DNA of 64,000 nt, taken from IMG/VR virus record IMGVR_UViG_3300017987_000047; one strand, written 5' to 3'. The translations under genes were made by a program, and so were the position numbers. This stretch comes from a virus (Duplodnaviria > Heunggongvirae > Uroviricota > Caudoviricetes). Below are positions 9,821 through 17,814 of this stretch, in pieces; position 1 is the stretch's first letter, and each line of letters begins with the position of its first letter. The notes below the pieces were generated by a model. It had not been told where the DNA came from and did not search any database. It saw nothing but the letters and a program-made list of their open reading frames with translations.

Positions 9821-10314
9821 ATAAAGTTTTTGTACAAGCACAACAATTCGAGTACGACTTTTATGACAAATCCTTTGATGCCTTCCAGCCTAGGATACTT
9901 TGCCTTTCTCCAGAGGACGCAAAAAAAGAAGTAATAGCCTTGGATTGGCTGCTTATCGAAGAAGAAGAAAAGCTGTGGGTTGGTTTTTATAACCCAGAAA
10001 AGTTTAAGAAACAAGGCCGAATTACACAACCCTTCCTTAAAAAACTTATTAAATACCAGAAAAAAGAGAAAAAATTCTATATAGGAAAAGAAGTTTTTGA
10101 CCACGTTTTTCTAAGTATCGGCAGGGAGGAGGAATGGGATGGCAAGACGTCTAAGATGCAAGAATTTATTGATGCCCTGGGAATTAATTTTGACCCAGGC
10201 ATCCAAAAGGGTGTAAAAAGACCCCAAGAATATTTAACTCACAAAGACCTAACTATAAGAAGGTTTGCGAAGGAAGTAATCGGAAACTTACCAAGTATCT
10301 CAGGAGGCATTTAA
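9817..10314 (+). CDS. LT-box protein
   Basis: YLTHKDLTIRRFAK. Confidence 0.8.
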   Translation: MNKVFVQAQQFEYDFYDKSFDAFQPRILCLSPEDAKKEVIALDWLLIEEEEKLWVGFYNPEKFKKQGRITQPFLKKLIKYQKKEKKFYIGKEVFDHVFLSIGREEEWDGKTSKMQEFIDALGINFDPGIQKGVKRPQEYLTHKDLTIRRFAKEVIGNLPSISGGI

Positions 10315-10315
10315 G

Positions 10316-10654
10316 ATGAGCAACACAACAAGCCCAACAGTAACCATAACTCGTTTAATTGAGCGCGTGGATTATAACGCCGAACCCGATTTGAGAGGAT
10401 ACTACCCAGTTATCAAAGGAGAGTTTCACGAGGACCAAAAAACAGACCAACGTATGGGACACCAAACATTTAAGGACCTCCTTATTACCCTTAAAAGGGT
10501 GAATAAAGAAGCAAAGATAACACTCCGCCCAGATATTACAGAGGTAGAAGACCATACGGAGAGAATTGTTCCATGCCAAGCAGTTCAAGTAGATTATCCC
10601 CCAATAATCGGGATTGCTGAACGCCGTGTCTTCTGTATGCATCTCAAGGAATAA
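10316..10654 (+). CDS. Hypothetical protein
   Basis: AGGAGG SD. Confidence 0.75.
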   Translation: MSNTTSPTVTITRLIERVDYNAEPDLRGYYPVIKGEFHEDQKTDQRMGHQTFKDLLITLKRVNKEAKITLRPDITEVEDHTERIVPCQAVQVDYPPIIGIAERRVFCMHLKE

Positions 10655-10675
10655 CAATCGTTGCCTTCTAGTCTA

Positions 10676-10957
10676 ATGTATAAAAGTTATCTTACATCAA
10701 AAGACCCAGACCTCCGAAACCTCGCAAAAGAAATGCTGGAAGAAGAAAAGAAAGAAAAGGCTCGTAGGCTTGGACTTAGAAAAAAGAAAAACCAGGGGTT
10801 TCTTTTATTCTTTGTCGTTTGTTATGTTGCTTTAGGGCTACTAATGCTCGCGGGTAACATTTTTACGGGGATACGGGAAGGTGGGTGGTATGGCACTTTA
10901 GGTTCCATCCTATTTATTCTCCCTTGGGCTGTACTCGGATTTAAGGAAGGGCCATGA
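10676..10957 (+). CDS. LT-box membrane protein (N-terminal motif, 2 TM)
   Basis: YLTSKDPDLRNLAK followed by two hydrophobic segments. Confidence 0.75.
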   Translation: MYKSYLTSKDPDLRNLAKEMLEEEKKEKARRLGLRKKKNQGFLLFFVVCYVALGLLMLAGNIFTGIREGGWYGTLGSILFILPWAVLGFKEGP

Positions 10958-11451
10958 AACAATTAACTCCATTTCCATCCTTCGATGAAGTTGAAGAGAA
11001 CGATATCCTTTTTATTGGAGGGGAGCTGCTAGATACTTCCGTTGCCCTCTACTATTGGGCCAACTCTGAAAATAGCGAATCCCTTTCCGCCCGCACGTTT
11101 GCGGAGGATCTCTTTTTCAGTAATTGGGTCTATATCCCCAACGAAGGGATTCTAGATTATTTTTCTAAGTTCTTTGATTACCGGCAATATGTTGGGGATA
11201 GTATCTTCGCAACTTCTACTACACGCAATCCCGATGCTTTCCCAATATTTATTCAAATCGAACCTCAAGCCGACGACTACGCTATCATCTGTGTACAAAG
11301 CAAATATATGAAGACAGAGGAACGCCTGTTCCTTCCACCTAAACTAGTTAAAGAAACCGACGTATTCTTAACTCATAACGATCATGCTGTCCGTAGAGAA
11401 ATAGCAAAACTTCATACGGAGAGGATCAATGAGGCAGATGAGGAAGTCTAA
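10954..11451 (+). CDS. LT-box protein
   Basis: FLTHNDHAVRREIAK. Confidence 0.8.
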   Translation: MKQLTPFPSFDEVEENDILFIGGELLDTSVALYYWANSENSESLSARTFAEDLFFSNWVYIPNEGILDYFSKFFDYRQYVGDSIFATSTTRNPDAFPIFIQIEPQADDYAIICVQSKYMKTEERLFLPPKLVKETDVFLTHNDHAVRREIAKLHTERINEADEEV

Positions 11452-11836
11452 ACTAAAAGAAGATCTGAAGTTTGGTCTTAAAAAACGTCTTACAGACCCA
11501 GTGCCCGAAATTCGAGAAATATGCAGAATACTCCTCGCTAACCAAAATAAGTGGGATAAAGATTATATCGAACAGGTAGGAGACCTAAGAGTTAAGAAGC
11601 TAAGAAAATTGGTGGAGGATTCTGAAAAAGAGTGGGATAAGAATATAGATAAACTCAGCGAAGAAATTCTCAAAGGAATAAAGCCAAACGACGCTCTTAC
11701 CTGGGCGAAGGCAAGGACCCCCAACCTTAGTCTTCTTCGGGAGCACTTAAATAGGTGTTCTTTTTTTCAACATCTTTTGATAAGCCTTTTTAACGAAGAT
11801 TTTAGAGAGGATGAATCTTTTTTAGATTATATATAA
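11429..11836 (+). CDS. LT-box protein (N-terminal variant)
   Basis: RLTDPVPEIREICR. Confidence 0.7.
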   Translation: MRQMRKSKLKEDLKFGLKKRLTDPVPEIREICRILLANQNKWDKDYIEQVGDLRVKKLRKLVEDSEKEWDKNIDKLSEEILKGIKPNDALTWAKARTPNLSLLREHLNRCSFFQHLLISLFNEDFREDESFLDYI

Positions 11837-11850
11837 CAAAAAAGAAAAAT

Positions 11851-11877
11851 TGTAATAATCTATTAATCTAGAATTGG
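11851..11877 (+). promoter_or_regulatory. Class-B upstream motif
   Basis: TGTAATAATCTATTAATCTAGAATTGG. Confidence 0.6.
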
Positions 11878-11899
11878 TAATACATTAATGGAGGATAAA

Positions 11900-11986
11900 A
11901 TGTACGTCAGTCAGAATATCACAACCTACCCGACGACAGCCCGACCCGCAGGGGCAACCTCCGCGACACCAGCCCCACGGGGCTAA
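11900..11986 (+). CDS. Putative leader peptide MYVSQNITTYPTTARPAGATSATPAPRG (28 aa, Thr/Pro/Ala-rich)
   Basis: GGAGG SD 5 nt before ATG; 6 Thr, 4 Pro, 5 Ala. Confidence 0.65.
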   Translation: MYVSQNITTYPTTARPAGATSATPAPRG

Positions 11987-12039
11987 CATATTTTTCCACA
12001 CATACAATTTGAGTCTTCGAAAAACATTAACAAGGATTA

Positions 12040-12468
12040 ATGCCTATGTTAACGTTTCTTCCAAAAACCGAGACAAAAGAACTTCTCGGAAAAGAAACAA
12101 CCCCAGTAGTCACCTACGTAATTGGCTATAAAAGTTGGGAGAGGGATAGAAAAGAATTAATACGGTTGCAGCAAACTTATGGAAATCTGTTAGCGTGGTT
12201 TCTAAGGCATGGCTTGACAACCAGTGACACGCAAAAAGCACATATTGAGAAAATGAGTTCCCTGTTAGGAGCTTGTCCAAGCCATTCAGCAATATTAGGA
12301 AGTGACCGCTACCGGAACGCTATTTGGGGACTTAAGTGGGAAGGAAACAAAGCATTGCTTTTCCTTTCCATAAAAGGTTTTCAGCTTGAAGTCGACAAGG
12401 ATTTTGATGCAACAAAGATCGAAGAATTCCTTAATTACCTAGCAAGCCGAATTTTAGAGGATAACTAA
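12040..12468 (+). CDS. Hypothetical protein
   Basis: AAGGA SD; TAATG overlap with the next gene. Confidence 0.75.
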   Translation: MPMLTFLPKTETKELLGKETTPVVTYVIGYKSWERDRKELIRLQQTYGNLLAWFLRHGLTTSDTQKAHIEKMSSLLGACPSHSAILGSDRYRNAIWGLKWEGNKALLFLSIKGFQLEVDKDFDATKIEEFLNYLASRILEDN

Positions 12469-12884
12469 TGGATGACGCACTGTTTGAGAAACTGCTAAAA
12501 GAAACAATGGAACCCCAGTTTCGGATGAAGCATCTCGTTAATTATGCCCGGCGAGAAGATATGAGCCCAGAAGGGACCCTATCGCTGATGATGCAAGATG
12601 ATGGAGATATCATATTAGTGGCACGCGGGCAAGATCATCTAGAAACCGAGTATAGAGAAGCACAGGTTGAGTTTTGTACCTGCGGCGCCGGGGGAGGACA
12701 TTCCCCCCGCGTGAGAAAAGCATTAATCGCACTCGCATGTGCCATCACATTAGATAACCAAGAATCGCCAATTGGAAAACCAGACATTGATAGGGCATCC
12801 GAATTACATACGGGGATGCTAAAAGGAGCTTCACAAGAGACCCCAGGACCGTTCACAAAGGATCTACCCGAAAATGAAAGATAA
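12468..12884 (+). CDS. Hypothetical protein
   Basis: Translationally coupled ORF. Confidence 0.75.
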   Translation: MDDALFEKLLKETMEPQFRMKHLVNYARREDMSPEGTLSLMMQDDGDIILVARGQDHLETEYREAQVEFCTCGAGGGHSPRVRKALIALACAITLDNQESPIGKPDIDRASELHTGMLKGASQETPGPFTKDLPENER

Positions 12885-13062
12885 AAGATTAATAAAAATT
12901 GAAGAAGCCCTAAAACTTCCAATAGAAGGGATTAATAAGCAGATTGAAGTGCGAAAGCACCTCATTAACCAAATGGTTGGAACCCTTTATCCTTCGATAC
13001 TGTGGGACGAAATTGAAAAACTTGAAGATTGTCTCGAGGAGTTGAAAAATGAAAGTACTTAA
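12874..13062 (+). CDS. Hypothetical protein
   Basis: Overlapping small ORF. Confidence 0.65.
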   Translation: MKDKRLIKIEEALKLPIEGINKQIEVRKHLINQMVGTLYPSILWDEIEKLEDCLEELKNEST

Positions 13063-13723
13063 AGTAAAAAAGAATAAGAAAACAGTAGTCACCGAGAAAA
13101 TTATTCACGAAACCGATTTAGGGTTTCTGATGACCGAAACGATTATAAACGGGAAACATAAAGGGGTGACCCTATCCTGTAAAGATAAAGGTTTGGACCC
13201 CTTTGTTCTAGACCTGCCAGAAGATTGGGCCGAAAATTACGAAGATTTTTATGGCCTGCTTGGTTGTTACCAAATCAAGCCTAAAACAGTCGATGAGGTA
13301 GACGAAGATAAAATCTATTTTGTTTATTCGTCCGGGCATATGTTATTTGATAAGAATAGGCGAATTATATCGGTACCTTATCTCTTTAATTATATCGGAT
13401 CCTTACGCGAAAAAGAGCCAAACGATCCGATATATGCGAAGTTAATTAAGCTCCTAAAGAAGCATCCCTATTTTCTATCTCTTGAAGAAGAAGAGATTCC
13501 ATATTATAATTGCAGCTTTTCAGGGCAAAAAGGAATTGCAGAAGCAAAAGTACTTCTTCCTCAAGATAAGTATGAAGAGATATATGAAAAATATAAAGAC
13601 GATGAGTTTTGGTCGTGCCGGTTAACGGACCATCTATCGATGTCCCTCAACTGTGTCGGAATTTATGGGGATGAGGTTGACGCACTTCTTAAAGAGTATT
13701 GGAGGAAGAAAGAAGATTTTTAA
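13049..13723 (+). CDS. Hypothetical protein
   Basis: GAGGAG SD, 224 aa. Confidence 0.75.
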   Translation: MKVLKVKKNKKTVVTEKIIHETDLGFLMTETIINGKHKGVTLSCKDKGLDPFVLDLPEDWAENYEDFYGLLGCYQIKPKTVDEVDEDKIYFVYSSGHMLFDKNRRIISVPYLFNYIGSLREKEPNDPIYAKLIKLLKKHPYFLSLEEEEIPYYNCSFSGQKGIAEAKVLLPQDKYEEIYEKYKDDEFWSCRLTDHLSMSLNCVGIYGDEVDALLKEYWRKKEDF

Positions 13724-13744
13724 GTCGCTGGTACTATCTAGCCC

Positions 13745-14071
13745 ATGATTAAGGGATTTAATATGCAAATCAAAGCTGTTATTAACGTAAAGCACGGAGG
13801 GTTTGGAGTATCAAAAAAAGCTGTTTTACGACTACGCGAATTAGGCCACAAGGATGCTCTAAAAGAAGAAATTAGAGATGATAATTATAACAGCTACTTA
13901 TGGGACACCTGTAGAATTGATCCCCTCTTAGTTCAAGTAGTTGAAGAACTCGGAGAAGAAGCCTACGGGGCGCATGCCGAACTAGAAATAGTCGAAGGAG
14001 ACATAGGGATAGAACTTGATAACTACGACGGTTATGAAAGTAACCCTCGAATCACCGGATGGCTATGCTAA
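13745..14071 (+). CDS. Phage-type hypothetical protein
   Basis: INxxxGGFG..RxDPxLVQVVEELG..YDGxE pattern, recalled from phage orphan proteins. Confidence 0.7.
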   Translation: MIKGFNMQIKAVINVKHGGFGVSKKAVLRLRELGHKDALKEEIRDDNYNSYLWDTCRIDPLLVQVVEELGEEAYGAHAELEIVEGDIGIELDNYDGYESNPRITGWLC

Positions 14072-14418
14072 TGGAACGAAATATACTTGAGGGAGTTTGG
14101 GTCGAAATTATCGACGAAGAAGATTTCAAGTCCTATTTTAGGGATATACGAGTACAGAGAGGAAAATATCTTGGCCCCGGAAAATACTTGAAATTGTATT
14201 ATGAGCAACCTTGTCCCCGCGGTTGTTGTTATGATACCGTAATTGAATTATTGTCCAGCGAGGAAGCAAAAAAGGAAGTCCTTGAGTCCCTAGAAGAACA
14301 TCTATTTTTGTTAGAGCCCCTTTTCGGAGGAGACCTTGCTACTAAATTATTAACACACGAAGACCCGGAAGTACGTTGCTTAGCAGCAAGTCAGATTAAA
14401 GTTTTAGAGGAGTTTTAA
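14071..14418 (+). CDS. LT-box protein
   Basis: LLTHEDPEVRCLAA. Confidence 0.8.
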   Translation: MERNILEGVWVEIIDEEDFKSYFRDIRVQRGKYLGPGKYLKLYYEQPCPRGCCYDTVIELLSSEEAKKEVLESLEEHLFLLEPLFGGDLATKLLTHEDPEVRCLAASQIKVLEEF

Positions 14419-14423
14419 TTGAA

Positions 14424-14672
14424 ATGGCCACGCTAAAACAAACAGCAGCTCGAGAAAAAATGACGCCCCACGAACTATTGAAACAATGGGGAAGAGATTC
14501 CTTTGCGAATAATAAGGAATTGCCCTCTCTGCTTGCTCTCCGGTTTACCTGGAAAACAATCCATACCCTATCCCAGCTATGTGAAAAGGATTGGGAAGAT
14601 TTAACGGAAAGTGAGCGAAGTTTAGTTCTTGATGGTTTTTATGAAGCTAAGTATGCGAAAATGGAAGATTAG
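14424..14672 (+). CDS. Hypothetical protein
   Basis: GAGGAG SD. Confidence 0.7.
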   Translation: MATLKQTAAREKMTPHELLKQWGRDSFANNKELPSLLALRFTWKTIHTLSQLCEKDWEDLTESERSLVLDGFYEAKYAKMED

Positions 14673-14674
14673 TT

Positions 14675-14938
14675 GTGATGACAATACTATATCATAATAA
14701 CGGAGAAGTCTATGGGGAAGTAGAGGAAGTTGATGGGAAAACTCTTGTTACTGTCTATACAAATAAACGTCTATTGCGTGGGGATGTCGCATTTCGTTGG
14801 GTAAACGAGAAAGGACTTCCCTTAGAGATAATACGAGAAACCCTAAATAAATATGATGCTGATGTAGAACTGTTAACCTATACTCTCTCCGGAATACAAC
14901 ATATCTTAAAATCAAAAGGTTTTAAGTTTGAGCAGTAA
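14675..14938 (+). CDS. Small protein resembling an alanyl-tRNA synthetase helical segment
   Basis: LRGDVAFRWVNEKGLPLEII resembles AlaRS 'SGxxAFxLYDTYGFPLDLT'. Confidence 0.4.
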   Translation: MMTILYHNNGEVYGEVEEVDGKTLVTVYTNKRLLRGDVAFRWVNEKGLPLEIIRETLNKYDADVELLTYTLSGIQHILKSKGFKFEQ

Positions 14939-15035
14939 GTTTTGACTGTAAGTTTGAAGCAGTAAGTTTTGTGAGAGGTTTGACTGTAAGTTTGAAACAG
15001 TAAGTTTTGAAGCAGTAAGTTTTGTGAGACAATAC

Positions 15036-15107
15036 CGGGGTGTAGTCGCGGGGAGCGACGTCTGCTTCGGAAGCAGAAGGCGGCAGGTTCGACCCCTGCC
15101 ACCCCGA
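15036..15107 (+). tRNA. tRNA-Pro(CGG)
   Basis: CGGGGTG/CACCCCG, TCTGC-TTCGGAA-GCAGA, A73. Confidence 0.9.
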
Positions 15108-15145
15108 CTTGAGATAGTAAGTTTGAAACAGTAAGTTTTGTGAGA

Positions 15146-15220
15146 GGGCTCGCATGTTCCAAGGGTAGGCGATCTGGACTTGCAATCCGGATGAGGTGAG
15201 TTCGATTCTCACCGGGTCCA
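15146..15220 (+). tRNA. tRNA-Ala(TGC)
   Basis: GGGCTCG/CGGGTCC with G3:U70, CTGGA-CTTGCAA-TCCGG; atypical D arm. Confidence 0.85.
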
Positions 15221-15237
15221 TTTGAGTAAGTTTGAAG

Positions 15238-15342
15238 CAGAGCGTGGAGGAGTCTGGATGTCCTCGTCCGCCAAGGACCGTTATATAACGGACGCCACCC
15301 CTTGGACGCGGAAGAACGTGGGTTCAAATCCCACCGCTCTGA
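15238..15342 (+). tRNA. tRNA-Pro with a 29-nt insertion/intron in the anticodon loop
   Basis: CAGAGCG/CGCTCTG, C1-G72, A73; anticodon stem TCCGC/GCGGA encloses 36 nt instead of 7. Confidence 0.7.
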
Positions 15343-15353
15343 TGCAAATAAAT

Positions 15354-15683
15354 GCCAACGTAGCTCAATTAGGCAGAGCAGCTCACTTGTTTGAATACGA
15401 GCGCCTATAATGAAAGTTGTAGGATGAACCGGGTGAATTCAGGGAAGGCTAAGTCTTTTAGGATATGTTAACCCTGAGCCAAGCCAGAAGTACACTTCTG
15501 GAAGGTGCAGAGACTACTGGAGAGGTTCAGCCCTCTTAATAACCAGCTAGAGCGCCCGGCACCCTAACGAGGAAGACGAGGGTGGTGAGATAGTCCAACA
15601 CTTATTGGAAACAATAAGGAAAAAGAGAACAGTTCTCTTTTGTGGTAATGAGCAGGTTGTCAGTTCGATTCTGACCGTTGGCT
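15354..15683 (+). tRNA. tRNA-Thr(TGT), split by a group I intron (exons 15354-15388, 15645-15683)
   Basis: GCCAACG/CGTTGGC acceptor; spliced arm GCTCA-CTTGTAA-TGAGC. Confidence 0.9.
15389..15644 (+). ncRNA. Group I self-splicing intron (IC3-like, no ORF, 256 nt)
   Basis: P1 CTTGT/ACGAG with U.G at the splice site; core AATTCAGGGAA, AACCCTGAGCCAAG, GGTGCAGAGACTA, GATAGTCC; terminal G. Confidence 0.9.
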
Positions 15684-15727
15684 CTAACAAGTGCCTTTTA
15701 AGGGCCGATCCTTGGGGCCTAGCGAAG

Positions 15728-15802
15728 CGAAGCGTGGGCTAATTGGGAAGCCGCTTGCTTTGGGAGCAAGACATCATGGGAGTTCAAGTCTCTCCGCCTC
15801 GA
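15728..15802 (+). tRNA. tRNA-Pro(TGG)
   Basis: CGAAGCG/CGCCTCG (one mismatch), CTTGC-TTTGGGA-GCAAG. Confidence 0.85.
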
Positions 15803-15829
15803 TACTAATAAGTGCCTTTTCGGAGCTCT

Positions 15830-16864
15830 TTAATTATTTTCACATTGTGGGAAATGGTGTTCTCTGTGGCAGGTCGAGCACAATAAAATACATTTTTCTG
15901 CTTCTTTTAAAATTTTCTTCCACGGCCGGCATAACCCTGTTCGGGACAATGAAAAATCTTTTCCTTTTTCATGATGAAATTCTAAGCCTGTAAGATTTTT
16001 TTTATACCCACAAATAGAACATTCCCCTCCCTTCAAACCGATTAACTTTTTCCTTTTAAGAAGGTCTCTTCGTTTTGTTCGGCAGTGGCTATTTTGCTTA
16101 CTTGAAATTTTTAAGTTCCTTAGTAAGCTTTTTAATTTATCTTCATCAAAATCTTTATTATGAATTTCGTGATGGCAATTCGCACAAACTAAAATACATT
16201 TCTTTGCTTCCTCTAGAAGGGTATCCCAGTGCTTTTCAAAGGCAGCGGTATTTAAGTTAAAAGTTTTTTCTTTAACATGATGAAAATCTAGAGCTGCTAA
16301 ATTTTTAGCGTAACCACAAATAGAGCATTTTCCTCCATTAAGTTCTACTAATTTCTTTTTCCTTCTAAGAAGAGAAGCATTTCGTTTTTCTTTAGTCTTT
16401 GCATCCCGGGGAATATTTCTACTTTTCTTTTTACATCTATAGCATGTCCTTGCGTGAAGCTTTTTTCTATCTTCCGGTAGGGGATCGCCACAAACAACAC
16501 AAGTTTCCCAACTACAGTTGCCACAGACTTTAATCGCTGCTTTTTTATGCCCCTTAATTATAAACTCTTCCCCACACCGGGAACAAAGCTTTTTATATTC
16601 TTTAGGCTTCTTTCTTACGTTATTATAAGAAGCTGAACACGACTGGGAGCAAAACTTATCACTTGTTTTAGAGGTTATAATCTCTCCACAATTCAAACAA
16701 TGTTTTATATTTTTAGGATTAAGTTTACATGCTGGTTCGTGTTTAACTAGATTCGGTTTTGTAAACTCCTTACTACAAAACTTACATTTATACCTTTTGG
16801 AATTTATTTTCTTTGCATTTTCTCTACAAATTTCAATTCTTTTTTCTATTCCTGTCTTCTCCAC
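15830..16864 (-). CDS. Zinc-ribbon protein with two HNH-type endonuclease domains (free-standing homing endonuclease-like)
   Basis: Two CSICGY..L[DE]FHH..CILxCxxCHxExH repeats; GGAGG SD before GTG 16864. Confidence 0.8.
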   Translation of the reverse strand: MEKTGIEKRIEICRENAKKINSKRYKCKFCSKEFTKPNLVKHEPACKLNPKNIKHCLNCGEIITSKTSDKFCSQSCSASYNNVRKKPKEYKKLCSRCGEEFIIKGHKKAAIKVCGNCSWETCVVCGDPLPEDRKKLHARTCYRCKKKSRNIPRDAKTKEKRNASLLRRKKKLVELNGGKCSICGYAKNLAALDFHHVKEKTFNLNTAAFEKHWDTLLEEAKKCILVCANCHHEIHNKDFDEDKLKSLLRNLKISSKQNSHCRTKRRDLLKRKKLIGLKGGECSICGYKKNLTGLEFHHEKGKDFSLSRTGLCRPWKKILKEAEKCILLCSTCHREHHFPQCENN

Positions 16865-16966
16865 AGACTTACCTCCAATACTTTTTAGTATAATATACAG
16901 GTTATTTTGCGAAAAAATTGTCACATGGGGACTCATTACCCGCATTTAGAGATGGAGAGTTAAGAG
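16857..16966. repeat. Diverged ~110-nt direct repeat, copy 1
   Basis: Aligns with 21931-22039 (TTCTCCACA..CTTACCTCC..GTATAATATACA..). Confidence 0.75.
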
Positions 16967-17686
16967 ATGACGTTAAAGGGCCGGGTTATTCAAGATTTTC
17001 AAAAGTATATATCAAAAGACTTTTTAGGTAGCCTAGTCCAGCCTTATTTTGATTATGTTTTGGATCTGGACCCTTTTCCGGGATGGAAAGAAACTTGGAA
17101 AAAACTTAATAACTTAGATAATGTTACTATTTCGATGGAGATGGGCTACGCGGATTTCGAAAACCCCACCAGAAGATGCAGTCTTCTTTGTTTCGCTGTT
17201 AACCCTATTTATATTCCCATTCATAAAAAGGATATCCCTAAGAATTGGATTTTCTTTGAAGATGCTATAACACACTACGATAAAAAGATTAATAGACTGT
17301 TATGTAATATAATGGATGGGGTAAGGAGCAGGTGTAAAAAGTTTTTTACTAAACATTTTAATATTCTCTATAAAGCAGACCCGTTTCACTGGTCCTATAT
17401 GACTTACGTAAAAGAGAAAACTAAAGTGGAAGTAGAAGTAGAGGTCCCGTTGAAAAATTCTTGGCAAGACGGGACTTACGTAAGGGAAGAAATGGAAGTG
17501 GAAATGGAAGTAGAGGTCCCGTTGAAAAATTCTTGGCTATACCGAATAGCCTCCCTCTCGGATGATCTTGGATTTGATCTTTCACTATTTGAAGAAATTG
17601 AAGCAGACCTCCCCCGAGAAGCTTATCTAACATCTCAATACCCCTATTTAAGAAATCTTGCAAGAAAAGAGTTAGGATTAAAATAG
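16967..17686 (+). CDS. LT-box protein with an internal 24-aa tandem duplication
   Basis: YLTSQYPYLRNLAR; EVEVPLKNSW occurs twice (72-nt unit). Confidence 0.8.
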   Translation: MTLKGRVIQDFQKYISKDFLGSLVQPYFDYVLDLDPFPGWKETWKKLNNLDNVTISMEMGYADFENPTRRCSLLCFAVNPIYIPIHKKDIPKNWIFFEDAITHYDKKINRLLCNIMDGVRSRCKKFFTKHFNILYKADPFHWSYMTYVKEKTKVEVEVEVPLKNSWQDGTYVREEMEVEMEVEVPLKNSWLYRIASLSDDLGFDLSLFEEIEADLPREAYLTSQYPYLRNLARKELGLK

Positions 17687-17733
17687 CACATTAAAATCCC
17701 AGTTAATTACGATTCGCTATTTCTAATCCAATT

Positions 17734-17763
17734 CTTTCGTTATTCAAAATAAAATCGTTATAT
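17734..17763 (+). promoter_or_regulatory. Class-A promoter motif
   Basis: CTTTCGTT-N17-TATAT. Confidence 0.65.
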
Positions 17764-17814
17764 ATTTAGGGTTGAAGTTGCGCCAAAAGGAAATTACTTT
17801 TAGGAGAATTTGAG

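Larger units (their letters stand above)
14922..15240 (+). repeat. Short repeats GTAAGTTT(T)G before and between tRNA genes
   Basis: 9 copies: 6 before tRNA-Pro, 2 before tRNA-Ala, 1 before the next tRNA-Pro. Confidence 0.85.

Noticed and set aside
14922-15240. CRISPR array
   Set aside because: Units are only 10-15 nt, there are no unique 30-40-nt spacers and no cas genes; the intervening sequences are tRNAs.
14878-15993. ORFs 14878-15327(-), 14922-15221(-), 15222-15410(+), 15691-15993(+)
   Set aside because: They overlap tRNAs, repeats, the intron or the HNH gene and are shadow frames.
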